From contig DF236956.1 of assembly GCA_000708835.1 (NCBI GenBank), forward strand, positions 1-64,000: 64,000 nucleotides of DNA, read 5' to 3'. The translations under genes and the position numbers were made by a program. Source of the DNA: Klebsormidium nitens. Taxonomy: Eukaryota > Plantae > Klebsormidiophyceae. The notes under the pieces are model-generated. The model was not told where the DNA came from, searched no databases, and was given only the letters and a program-made list of their open reading frames with translations. Below are positions 1 to 11,450 of this stretch, in pieces. The first letter of the stretch is position 1; every line of letters begins with the position of its first letter.

Positions 1-1680
1 GGGGGGAATGCGTCCCAAGGAGACTGCGCAACAGGCGGCATTTTGGACTGCCCACCTTGCTCGTTCGCGCCTTCCGCGCCCTGCTGCTGCTCATTGCCCT
101 GCGACTGCTCATTCTGCCGCTGCTGGTCGTGGTTCTGCGCGCCTGCTCCGTTCTGCGCGTCTGCTCCCTGCTCTCCAGTCCCATTCTGCGCATTGGGGCC
201 CTGAGCCGCCAATGCCATTGCGCCTTCTGGCGTTGTGCCAGCTGCCATTGTCCGTTGGCGCTGCGGGGAGATGACAAGCTGGGGAGGGGAGCTGGTTGTC
301 AGCTCTGAGGATAGGCTCAAAGAGAGGTGGCCGCCAAAGTGGTGGCACTTTGGAAATGAGAAGGGGGAATGTTCCCCCTTTCGTTGTCTTGGGCTTCCTG
401 TCCCAGGGCTTCCTGTCCTGGGCTTTCCTGTCCTGGCTGGCAAGGATAAGGATGAGCCATGTGAAGGAATCTTTGGCTTGGCCAAGTGTGTGGCCCAGCG
501 TTGACAGAATGGTCGACGCACAAGCTTAATGCAGGATCGTCAATGTCCTTGCACAGCAGCTTGCTAGTCTTGGTTGTTGGGCCAAAGTTGTCAATGTGAC
601 ATTGCTGCATGCTCGAGCATAAGCAAGTCAAGCTTGCTCGAGCAGCCTTCTCTGATTGCTGGTGGACAGCCAGAGGGTCTGTTCCCTCTGGACCTCCAGC
701 AGCTGGGATGCTGCCAACTAGGCTGGAAAATCCAGTGAGGTTGGATGGACTGGCAGGGGAATCTGCCGGACCATTATCATCCGAACTAGCATGGGTTGTT
801 GAACTGGAGCCAGTGGGCCTGGGTGTCCNNNNNNNNNNNNNNNNNNNNAGGCACGGGGGGGAATGCATCCCACTGAGACTGTGCAACCAGTGGCACTTGG
901 GACTGCCCACCTTGCTCATTGACGCCTTCCGCGCCCGGCTGCTGCTCATTGCTCTGCGGCTGTGCATCCTGCCGCTGCTGGTCATGGTTCTGCGCGCCTG
1001 TTCCATTCTGCGCGTCTGCTCCCTGCTCTCCTGTCCCGTTCTGCGCATTGGGGCTCTGAGCCGCCAATGCCATTGCGCCTTTTGTCGTTGCGCCAGCTGC
1101 CATTGTTCGTTGGCGCTGTGGGGAGATAACAAGCTGTTGAGGAGGGCTGTGAGCGGGCTCCAAGGCCAAGCTCAAAAGGGAGGTGGCCGCCAAGGTGGTG
1201 GCACTTTGGAAATGTGAAGGGGGAATGTTCCCCCTTTCGTGGCTTTGGGCTTCCTGTCCCAGGGCTTCCTGTCCTGGGCTTTCCTGTCCTGGCTGGCAAG
1301 GATAAGGATGGGCCATGTGAAGGAATCTTTGGCTTGGCCAAGTGTGTGGCCCAGCGTCGACTGAATCGACGCACAAGCTCAATGCAGGATCGTCAATGTT
1401 CTTGCACAGCAGCTTGCTAGTCTTGGTTGTTGGGCCAAAGTTGTCAATGTGACATTGCTGCATGCTCGAGCATAAGCAAGTCAAGCTTGCTCGAGCAGCC
1501 TTCTCTGATTGCTGGTGGACAGCCAGAGGGTCTGTTCCCTCTGGACCTCCAGCAGCTGGGATGCTGCCAACTAGGCTGGACAATCCAGTGAGGTTGGATG
1601 GACTGGCAGAGGAATCTGCCGGACCGTTATCATCCGAACTAGCATGGTTTGTTGAACTGGAGCCAGTGGGCCTGGGTGTT
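1..1680. repeat. Direct tandem duplication, unit ~830-850 bp (copies ~1-828 and ~849-1680) separated by a 20-N gap
   Basis: Identical anchors such as CATGCTCGAGCATAAGCAAGTCAAGC at 609 and 1462 (offset 853). The copies are near-identical close to 588-828/1441-1680 and more diverged at 1-350/850-1200. Each carries a minus-strand Gln/Gly/Ala-rich ORF of unknown identity. Confidence 0.9.
829..848. other. Assembly gap (20 N)
   Basis: Run of N. Confidence 1.
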
Positions 1681-2057
1681 CTGGCTGTCATTCTGGCCAC
1701 CTGGATGGCTTGTTCTTCTGGGGACAAGGATTGAAATCCAAAATCATAACCGCGCGGATCCTTCTTCAGTATGGCTTGGAAATCCGGATGGGGATTTTTA
1801 TAGCTGTTTGGATTTGGATCTGCAGGTGGGGTCCGGGGACTTCCGATCCACTGTGGATCAGCCGGATCCTTCCAATATTCATATTTTGTATGGTATTTAT
1901 TTGTTATGATTTGGGGGCAATTTATCCAGTTCTTCTAGTTCTTTTGTCATCTTTATGCTTCGTTTGTGCGCTTCAGCCTCATCTTTTGCACGTTGAGCGT
2001 CGGTTCTAAGTTGATCTTTTGGTATGTGATACAAAAATTGCGGCGCTTCCGCTTTTG

Positions 2058-2564
2058 CTATTTCCAATGATCGAAAAGTTTCAGACTCTCGGAATAGTTG
2101 ATTGTTTTTCCTTCACCCCCCCTCGCATTGGAGCGGAATTTCTCAATTTCCTCGGTTGGACGAAAACTTAATGGCATGTCGGGGTTGCGCCGGAGAAATT
2201 GCGTTTCAGTGCGTTGGCGGGAGTATTTCTTCTCTACGCGTTTGCGTTCGCGTTTCTTAGTGACGGTGGCGGGTTCAGGGCTAGGTAGCTTACGATGTAC
2301 CTTTTTGCGCCTTGCGGCTTTTGCTTGAGCTTGATCATGTAGCTTATTTTCGGTTATTTCCATGTCAAATTCAAATTGTTCTTCCTTATCTTGTTTTTCA
2401 ATTTCCCGCGCTCGGTCATCTTTGATGTGAGTTGGCAAAGGGTTTTCGGAGGCAATGTCCTTAGAACTTGCGGGACTTGACCCGCGAGATGAGTATGCAT
2501 TGGAGATTTGATGACGTTGCTTGTATTCTTTCCATAGCTCCTTCTTAACTGTTGCTACTATCTT
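2058..2564 (-). CDS. Basic/charged ORF overlapping the gag 3' end in the +1 frame; not a recognisable pol
   Basis: The frame is open from 2564 to the stop at 2058 (KIVATVKKELWKEYKQRHQ...KLFDHWK*) and overlaps the last 20 nt of gag. No D(S/T)G protease, RT or integrase motif is seen. Confidence 0.5.
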   Translation of the reverse strand, partial: KIVATVKKELWKEYKQRHQISNAYSSRGSSPASSKDIASENPLPTHIKDDRAREIEKQDKEEQFEFDMEITENKLHDQAQAKAARRKKVHRKLPSPEPATVTKKRERKRVEKKYSRQRTETQFLRRNPDMPLSFRPTEEIEKFRSNARGGEGKTINYSESLKLFDHWK

Positions 2565-3972
2565 TTATTCCTCGATTGCTCCTTCGGCTATGTGTTGCGG
2601 CGGAGCTTCGAGTTGTTGGGTTTCGTTGCCGGGTGGCTAATTCCGGATGTAAGTGCACACATTGGGATGAGTCATGAGTGTTGAGCCGATGATATGTGCA
2701 CCATGGCTTGCCGGGAATGCGTTGATTGATGGGTCCATTGGCAACGGGCTTAGTTGGGCATTGAGCGGCTTGGTGCCCAACTTGGCCGCACCGAAAGCAT
2801 GGTCCGGGTTGAAATGAAGTGGGAGTGTTTTGTGCGGTTTTAGCACTCGTTTTATTAGTAGGCACCCTACAAGTATGGGCCGAATGGCCTAATCGTCCAC
2901 AATTTGTACATCTTGAAACCCCTCTTATTTTGGGTCTAGTGTCGCGTTTGGGATGGGTGGTACTAGTAGAACTATTATTATTAATAACCTTAGGATTCAA
3001 CAATCGTTCTTGGTTTATTACTTTCTCAAGCTTCTCAGCTTCAGCTCTTATTAGTTCTACGGTCCATGTACTAATATCCTCGTATTGAAACTGTAATTTA
3101 GTTCTTAACTTGGATTGTATACTCCATGGCAATGCGTTGAGTAGCTTCTCAGCCGCTTGCGTTTGAGGTTGCTTTAAATCTAATGCTAACTTAGACATAC
3201 GCTGACTAGCTGTTGTAATAGACTCATTGTCTTCAACCTTGAAATCTCCATATGCTTGAATCTTCGCCGCCGAGTCCTTTGGGTACGCCTGCAAAAGTCG
3301 AGCCCAAAGTTCAGTGACCGGGTCTCCTAAGAAGTTAGTAACTTTAGGAGGTTCAATTGGCAAGGTTGGCCTAGCATTAGTTCCTCGTTCTTCAACCGTT
3401 TGTGCATCCCAAGCCGTGATAGCTTGTTGCGCAGTTGCTTTGTCTCTGAGATAATTTGATTGCAACGACTCATTGTGTGTGGCTAACTCTTCTTCTTTTT
3501 CGGTTAGCAAAGTGAGATAAGTATCATGAGCTGCCCCACCGGTCTTTGACATAATTACGTGGAATTTGTCGGTGGTTGTTAGCCTATCAAAACCGGCTTG
3601 CAACTTATGAGTGGCTTCCCATGCGGCGTATGTAGACCGCAAATTGTCTAAAGTGACAGAGGATTTAGGTTCTCCCGTGAACTTTTGACTAAACGAATCA
3701 AGTTCCTTAAGCGCCATTGTGAAAGTGGTGGCGGCTTCGGAGTCCGCAGTGTCTAAGCCTTCGGATATGGTTGAGGCTTGAGTGATGGCGGATGTCTCAC
3801 CTCGTGTACTTCTAGGTCTCCGATTGGACCACTGGACAAGGGGTAGCCCTGGCCCGTCGGTCCTGTAAGCAGAACGCTGGGCGTAAGGATTCTGAAGATC
3901 GCTGCGGAGATTGTATCCTGCTTCAGAATCTGAGTTGGACATGGATTCTCTGATTTTTGAAAGGATGTCCAA
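2545..3972 (-). mobile_element. gag: Retrotransposon Gag-like ORF (475 aa) with zinc knuckles
   Basis: Intronless AT-richer ORF with two CX2CX4HX4C knuckles (CTNCGRLGHSAHTC, CFRCGQVGHQAAQC) and a CX2HX4HX4C variant (CTYHRLNTHDSSQC). Confidence 0.85.
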
Positions 3973-4579
3973 AGTAACTGTCCACTGATTGGACTTTTGG
4001 CAGACTGTCTGCCCTAGCTTGTCTTTCCAAGCTACGAAAAATGTTCGGATCCTACTGCAGGCTTTTAATAAGGCTGCCAGCAGGGACTACTTTCCAGCAC
4101 TGTCCTTCCTTTGACCTTCCAACGTACGCTGAAAGGGATGATGCGGACTGACGATGGCTGTCACCTGTAACTATGGTGTCTACTGTATAACTACTGGGGT
4201 CTTATCTAATCCGAACGCAGGGGGTGGGTACTCTCCCCCTGGGCTTGCCAGTTGCGAATGTCCTTCCAAGATTCCCTCTTCTGGACAGACGCCTAGTGAG
4301 CTAACTGGACTCTATCTGCTGTTACACACAGGCTCTGACAATTTCAGAGCTTCAATGTCCAGACGGACCTGACAAAGGGTTACGGCAATGTCAGGGGCAA
4401 ACCACAAAATCCTTGTCCAGTGGGGTGATTTCCACTGAGACAAGAGACGACACTTGCTTGTTCAAGCAATGCCTCTGGTCCTGGTACCTGCGCAGTCGAC
4501 AAATGGCAGCCGGATGCAATAAAAGAAACACTCTTCAGTCCAACTAATTGTAGCTTCGGGTAATTTGGGCTTAATCCCA

Positions 4580-5345
4580 NNNNNNNNNNNNNNNNNNNNN
4601 NNNNNNNNNNNNNNNNNNNNNNNNNNNNNNNNNNNNNNNNNNNNNNNNNNNNNNNNNNNNNNNNNNNNNNNNNNNNNNNNNNNNNNNNNNNNNNNNNNNN
4701 NNNNNNNNNNNNNNNNNNNNNNNNNNNNNNNNNNNNNNNNNNNNNNNNNNNNNNNNNNNNNNNNNNNNNNNNNNNNNNNNNNNNNNNNNNNNNNNNNNNN
4801 NNNNNNNNNNNNNNNNNNNNNNNNNNNNNNNNNNNNNNNNNNNNNNNNNNNNNNNNNNNNNNNNNNNNNNNNNNNNNNNNNNNNNNNNNNNNNNNNNNNN
4901 NNNNNNNNNNNNNNNNNNNNNNNNNNNNNNNNNNNNNNNNNNNNNNNNNNNNNNNNNNNNNNNNNNNNNNNNNNNNNNNNNNNNNNNNNNNNNNNNNNNN
5001 NNNNNNNNNNNNNNNNNNNNNNNNNNNNNNNNNNNNNNNNNNNNNNNNNNNNNNNNNNNNNNNNNNNNNNNNNNNNNNNNNNNNNNNNNNNNNNNNNNNN
5101 NNNNNNNNNNNNNNNNNNNNNNNNNNNNNNNNNNNNNNNNNNNNNNNNNNNNNNNNNNNNNNNNNNNNNNNNNNNNNNNNNNNNNNNNNNNNNNNNNNNN
5201 NNNNNNNNNNNNNNNNNNNNNNNNNNNNNNNNNNNNNNNNNNNNNNNNNNNNNNNNNNNNNNNNNNNNNNNNNNNNNNNNNNNNNNNNNNNNNNNNNNNN
5301 NNNNNNNNNNNNNNNNNNNNNNNNNNNNNNNNNNNNNNNNNNNNN
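4580..5345. other. Assembly gap (766 N)
   Basis: Run of N. Confidence 1.
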
Positions 5346-6044
5346 CTCACAACCAGCTCGAAGCTGGGTTACGTCCGGCGGGAACGTTCGAAAACGTACC
5401 CGGTTTCAATCGTTGGAACCTTCCGTGCAATAATTGGATTGTGGATAACATTCTGGACCAATGGATGTCCAGCACGATGTGACTGGTCCACAGCCAATGC
5501 GTGTCGAGTCTACGAGGTTACGGTTAGGTGCGCTAACTATGTCGGCTTAAGCTAACTTACTTTACTAAGTACTACACGTCATGCCACGCGTCTCATGCTG
5601 ATTCGTTAGGCGACGCGTTACGCCAGCGACGCGCTACGTTGTGACACGCGATCGATCGGACTCGGAAGCACGCCTGCGATCAGCTCCGGTCCTCGGGGCC
5701 CACAATACTCCAAATCAAACATCATGGACCCTTTCGATTCTTGAAGTGCCCTCGCGAAGTACAAAGGCTTACACATGTGCATACAGTTTGCAGGACGCGA
5801 CTTTACAACAACCTCTTAGAGCAGCTGCCGAGTTAGGTTGGTGCCCGGTTGGTGTATCAGTGATTGCCGTCCCAAAACGTGATATCAATTTCTTGAACAA
5901 CATTCAAGCAATGTTTGCGCATCGGCCGCTGCCTTGCATGCATAGGCACACTCCTCTCTCCACACAATTCACTATGCACAACGACCGTCATTCAACTCGT
6001 GCCCCCGGTTCCATCCTAAACCGTCAACGCCTTCCCTCCCCTCG

Positions 6045-9000
6045 TTACCAAACCGGCGCGTATACCCTGAATTGCCCCCCCGCGTGCAACATTCCGAACA
6101 TGTACAGCAGGCTGTTCGTCAACCGGTTGCTTCCGGTCGCGGGCAGCGCGGAGTTCCACAGCGCCTTGACGAACGCGGTCGCCACGTCATTTGGGGGAAC
6201 CCCGAGCGCGAGCACCGCGTTCATGGCGACCAGGCCGACCCGCTCGTCGGCAACTAGGTTGGGCTGCAGGCTGGTGCCGTCCAGGTCGTAGCTGAGGCCG
6301 TAGTTCTTGACGCCCTCAGCTGTACGAGAGGGTTAAGGAACGGGTCAGTGTCGAGGTAAACGTTGAGGAAAGCGGTGACGAAAGGGAAGAAAGATGTTCC
6401 AGGGACGTGAAGCGCGGACAGCCGTATCGTCGCCTTACGAATGACGATGAAGCTCGATGATCAGCTTAGGACGTAACGGAACGCAAGAGATCTAAGAAAA
6501 GGATGGTCGGAGCGTTAGGTTCTATGAAACGGTGGGTCCGTCCGGAAGATTGGCAACTTGATGGGCTTGCTTCGTTGATTGTTTGGTAAATCCAGATTAA
6601 TGGATCGTTAGGTTTGATGCGAGTGTTGGTCCATCGCCCATCTCACTTATGGGCGAGCTTGAGTGAGACGCCATGTCTCTATGTTGAGGCACCACGTTGG
6701 TATAAGCCCACGAATCGTCTGATGCACGCCGAGAGAACCGCCATGAATTCAAGGACTTGACAGAATCGCAAACGCCTTGACATAAAGACTTCGTCGTACG
6801 GTTCAAGAATGGTTGCCTTATGGCTGACCGCGAGAGCGCATTTGCTACGACAGATCATTTGGATTCAACCAGATGCGTCTGTTTGAAAGAAAGGGTGTTC
6901 GCGCAGCACCCGCCATCTGAAAGCCAAGACGTCACGGAATGACGAAAGACGCAAGCATGACGTCATCGAGGCTCACCGAAGAAGAAGGCGAGCAGCTCCG
7001 AGCAGCGCGTCACCTCCCAGGCGTCCGCTTTCAGCCCGAGCCAGGCCACGTCCAACTGCGCGCGCACAGGATTGATGTCAGCACATATTAAAGCAAACAG
7101 TGTCAGCTTTCCCAGGCGTGGAGCACAAGGCAAGGAATTGACACAGTCCTGTCGGTCGGCAAGGCAACGTCCGTCCGCCTGACTCTGACTTGCGCGCTCA
7201 AATGACGAAATGTTTTCCCAGAGTCGGATGCAACTGAATTTGATCCTCGAACGGGAAGGAAAGGTTCTTCGTCGACCGAGGTGAAGAAGAGGCAAGCATT
7301 ATTCAGCCAGCTTCTGTGGTTCGGCTGCGAGTTCTGCGGTTCTACTCAGGAAAAAAGAAACGGAACGGCATGGAGCAACCTTTACCCGTCTCCAAGAAAA
7401 TTACTCGGAGCATTTTCCTAACAAAGAGAGAGTCGAGCGATAAGACGCTCACGGCTATGTTGGCCCCCGTCTGATAAGCGAGTGGCCCGAACACCGGTTT
7501 GCTGGCGCCCTGTGCCGGCATCGCCGTTCCGTTCAGGTAGCTCAACTCCGGCGGAAGGCCGGAAGCCGTGGAAAACGAGTTCCTGCAATGCAGGACGCCG
7601 TGTTAGGTTCCGCTCGCATCAGGGCCATAGAGTCTCATGTCAGTAGAAATCGCATTCAGGGTAAAAGATGACCGCCTCAAGAAACGACCATCTGCACCGA
7701 CCTGCGAATGTGAGCCGTTGTGAGTCTGGCCTTGGAGTAAGAGTTTAAACCTTCCTCTTTTGGCCAAATGCTCGGGAGTTGATCTGGAGCCGGTGACCCG
7801 CCTAAAAGTCTCCGGTTGCTGTCTAAGCTCACTGCCAGATTGCAGTCTGAGGCCTTAGAGACTGGAATCAATCAGTACTTGGTTTTGCCCAAGGAACGCA
7901 CGAATCACAGCTCTCGCAATCATGGTTCTTTCTCGTCAGTCATGGATTACCCAGACTTCTCGCCTTTGTAAGACATTTCGTCAGCTAAAAGTTTAAATCC
8001 GACATTCTCATACGATTGGTTCGCCTGGTAGGAGAACAGGACTCCGCAGTCCCGATCCTAAGTTTCACTTTTCGGAATGCAGAGTCAGAATTCTAAAGGC
8101 GGGGCGGCTAATTCAAATCCTTTTTGGAAGTCCTCTTCAAGAGCGAGACAATATTTTCTGGCAGGGTTTGTCATGACGTAGCTTCGCCGTTTCCTAGTAT
8201 CTAAATTGCACCGAGAGAATGTCTCAGTGAATGTCAGAGAATGTCAGAGAATGTCAGACGCCGGTTAGACGCACCAACGACAGTCAGAACTCTCACGCTC
8301 TCAGAACACTCCAATTTGCATCGAAGGCCGGAATCTCACTTCAGGAAGTCTCTGCTGCTTTTTGAGACCAACGCCAAGAACCGGTTCTTCCCCCCGCCGA
8401 ACCGTCCGGGCACCCATCGGGACCAGAGGTCGTAAAACACGGGCGTCTGGTAAGCGGTCGCCGTGTACTGGGAACTGCAAGCGGGAATTGCGGGGCTGTG
8501 TGAGTCACTAATCGCGGTTTGGATCTTAAGAAGTATGATTGAGACGAGTCGAGAGTGGAGAATCAAAAGCAAGGAAGCCATGTGCGGAAAAGAACGTTGC
8601 AAGGAGAGTTTCTTGGTCGCTTTCAGTATGAAATTGCCATCTCCACTCCCTTGCCGAGCTCCTTGTACCGTGATCCTTGACACAGAAATGTGCGGAACGT
8701 TCCTAGGCAGAATCCATGTAATCTAAAGCAGTCACGCTTACGTCAAAAGCGCTATTACCTAGCCCAGTAGATTGACCCACATTTAAGTGTTTGCAAATCT
8801 CTTCAGGTTCGGCGACACGCGAAGATTGTGTCTGTTGGGAAGCGCACAGAAGAATAGATTCATAGATAAGACGACGGAAAACGGGGGCGCGTACCCGGCC
8901 GCGGTCGGCTTGTAGGTCACGAGGTTTGGGGTTTGGGACGCGAACATGCTGGTCTCGGGCGTCGCGCTGCCGACGATCCCCGCGATCTGTTCGCGGTACA

Positions 9001-11450
9001 GCATGTTGCTCAGGATATTCTGCGCCCACCGGCGGTAGTCGCCGGACGCGTCCGGACCTGCAGGTTTGAGGATGTGGTTAGTCTTAACCTGATGTTTTTG
9101 CTGTACGTTTGGGGACTTCGTAAGGCTGCTCGCGGAACAGCATGCTGCTCAGAATGTTCTGGGCGCACCGGCGGCAGTCGCCGGACGCGTCCGGACCTGC
9201 AGGGTCAGGAATCAGATTAGGGTGTTAACCCATTATTCAGTGCGTGCCGTCTTCTGGGTTGATTGAAGATGGTTTCGGGCCAATCAGCTGCAGTTGAGAA
9301 GCGAATGGGCCTGCAGGTTACATGCTCGAGAGGGTTAACCGCAACGAACCACGTTTGGTTCGTTAATTGAAGGAGATCAGCCCTGGAGGGTCAAGCAAAC
9401 AGTACCGGTTTGATAGTGGAAAAGTTGGGCTTGGAAATCTGGAACGGAGGCATCCAAGGAGGCATCTGGGCCTACACGGCGAAGGACTCCGGTCGAATCC
9501 AAGCGAGTATCGAGGTTGCTGAAACGACAGGCTTATTTGACCTGTTTTTTTCTATATTGTCACAGATTCCGACCGGATTCTTGTTGCATAGAGAAGGTGA
9601 AATTGCGTTGCGAAATGGGTCACGGCGTTAAACACCGGGAAAGCGCGCAGCGCACCTGTAATCTGCCACCGTCCCGCCGCGAAGAGGAGTGACGTCACGA
9701 AGTACTCTTCCGCCAGCGGAGTCGGAACTCCGTCGACGACCGCCCCGGACTTGGTCATCTGCAGGGAGGCAGAGGAACCGTTCCGCTTGAGGGCCCAGAG
9801 GCGGAACCAGGAGCAATTGAAGGAGCACGAACTAGGAAAAGCTTTGACGATTTTCCGACAATTACGGAACGGAGCTCTCGGCAGCTCCGCCGGAAAGACC
9901 GAAGCAAGTTGTGGTCGGAAGGGACCCTCGCTGCTTACGAAGAAGTGAGCGATACCCTATTCGGAACACCGTTCCGCGGAATGGGCTAGGAAACGGAAAC
10001 CGGAAGCCGGAAAAGGAACTAGTGCCCACCGTGGATGCGAAGAAGCCGGCGTGCTGATTGGGCGGCTGGATCATCATGTTCGCGCGCGTCCAGCCCCACA
10101 GCTGGTCAAACTGCTTCCGCGCGCTGCAAAACGGAACGGAACGGGGCGGAACGCGTCGGTCAACGTTTCGGAAAGCAAGGAGCTGCTTTTTGACCTGAGC
10201 CCGGGCTGTGGCGGCTTTTAAAAACCCTGCAAGGGGCGCTTTCTGAAAAGCTGAGTCGTAAGCGTGATAGAAAGTGGAGAATTAGATTCCTCCTTGCATT
10301 CCAAAACGCAGCCGTGTCCCAACATCGTTTCTCGCGCATGCACGAGCATCTTTCCTTTCGAAATCAAAAGTAGAGAGCAGCACAAGCTGCAAGATTTTCA
10401 GGACGTACGTCCCCCCGATAAACTCCTCGCTGTAGAAGCTGACAGAAGAATGTATTCACACAGAAAGTGTTCCGCCCGGCCCTACCCCATTTGCAGAGCA
10501 AACATCATGCCGTAGCTCATCCCAAGTGACGTCACGTAGCCCGTCACGGGGTCCTGGATGACTGCTGACGTGTCGTCCACCTGGAAGAACAGCCGCGTGG
10601 CGGGGCCGCCCAGAAACGTGGCGTTGTACAGGCCGTCGATCTTGGGCTGCACCAGGGTGGGGTCCTGCGGGGCGGGGGAAGACAACCGGGGTATTTCAGT
10701 ATTAGCTGAAAAACCGCAAGTCTTTTGTCTCTTGTGGCTCATGTGATGTCTCTTCATGTATAGTAAGCTCCTCGCCTAACACTAAAACCGTAACCCTCAA
10801 ATACACCCGCTCCGCACCCGTACCCAAACTAAACCCCCCAAACTAACCCCACACGTCCCAGGGCTGCTTGGCTTACTTTCTCAAAAGCTTATTTTACCTA
10901 AAAATGAAGTCTGCTGATGTGGGTCTCTTGACAAGCGAGAAGAGAGTCATGAAGAAGCAAGCTTTCTGATCAAACCTGACCGGGAAGTCTCCTTCTGAAA
11001 CAACTAAAGACTGGCCAATTGTCGAAGAAGTTTTCGGCGTGTTCTGGAAGTTCCCAGTGGTCGAACACGCGCAGACTGTTCAAAAGCATGTCCAGATCCT
11101 CTGCCCTTTGAGAAATTCGCTTTGTGAAATCTGATCAGACTATTTAAGCCGCTCTATTGGAAACGGTTTCACTGCTTGAAAAGAGTCCGGTTCCCCTTCT
11201 ATACTTACTGGACATTGGCAAGGGCTAAGGTGGGAGCTTAGAGAGCGCAACAATCTGTTGCAGCTCCAACTCACAACTCCCGTCCCCTTCAAATTTAGGT
11301 TCCGTCTTCCTTGTCTATTTACAATCAACGAGCAAAGGCCTTACTTATAGCTGAATACAGAAAGCGGAGAAATGATAGGAGCTCACGATTCCGGCTTCCT
11401 GGAAGAGGTTCCGGTACTGCCCGGTTCCGAAGGCGCCGTAGACGAAGGGC
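6045..11450 (-). other. GH8-like (alpha/alpha)6 domain exons (13-21), Rex/xylanase-like, catalytic residues substituted
   Basis: Collinear GH8 blocks: GAFGTGQYRNLFQEAG, TSLGMSYGMM, FDQLWGW, PTPLAEEYFVTSLLFAAGRW, TAYQTPVFYDLW, SGLPPE, LAYQTGANIALDVAW, GLVAMNA, FVKALWN, LLYMFGMLHAGGQFRVY. Confidence 0.85.

Noticed and set aside
4330-4350. GCTCTGACA resembling a reverse-complement tRNA-Met primer-binding site upstream of gag
   Set aside because: It lacks the TGG/CCA end of a true PBS and no adjacent LTR boundary is visible.
4565-5482. Long ORFs in the track spanning N runs (also 57824-59113, 58159-58932)
   Set aside because: Artefacts of translating through assembly gaps.
9670-9758. Shorter exon 16 using the GTGGC donor at 9669
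   Set aside because: It puts exon 17 out of frame; the donor at 9655 restores the GH8 alignment (RWQITGPDASGDY).
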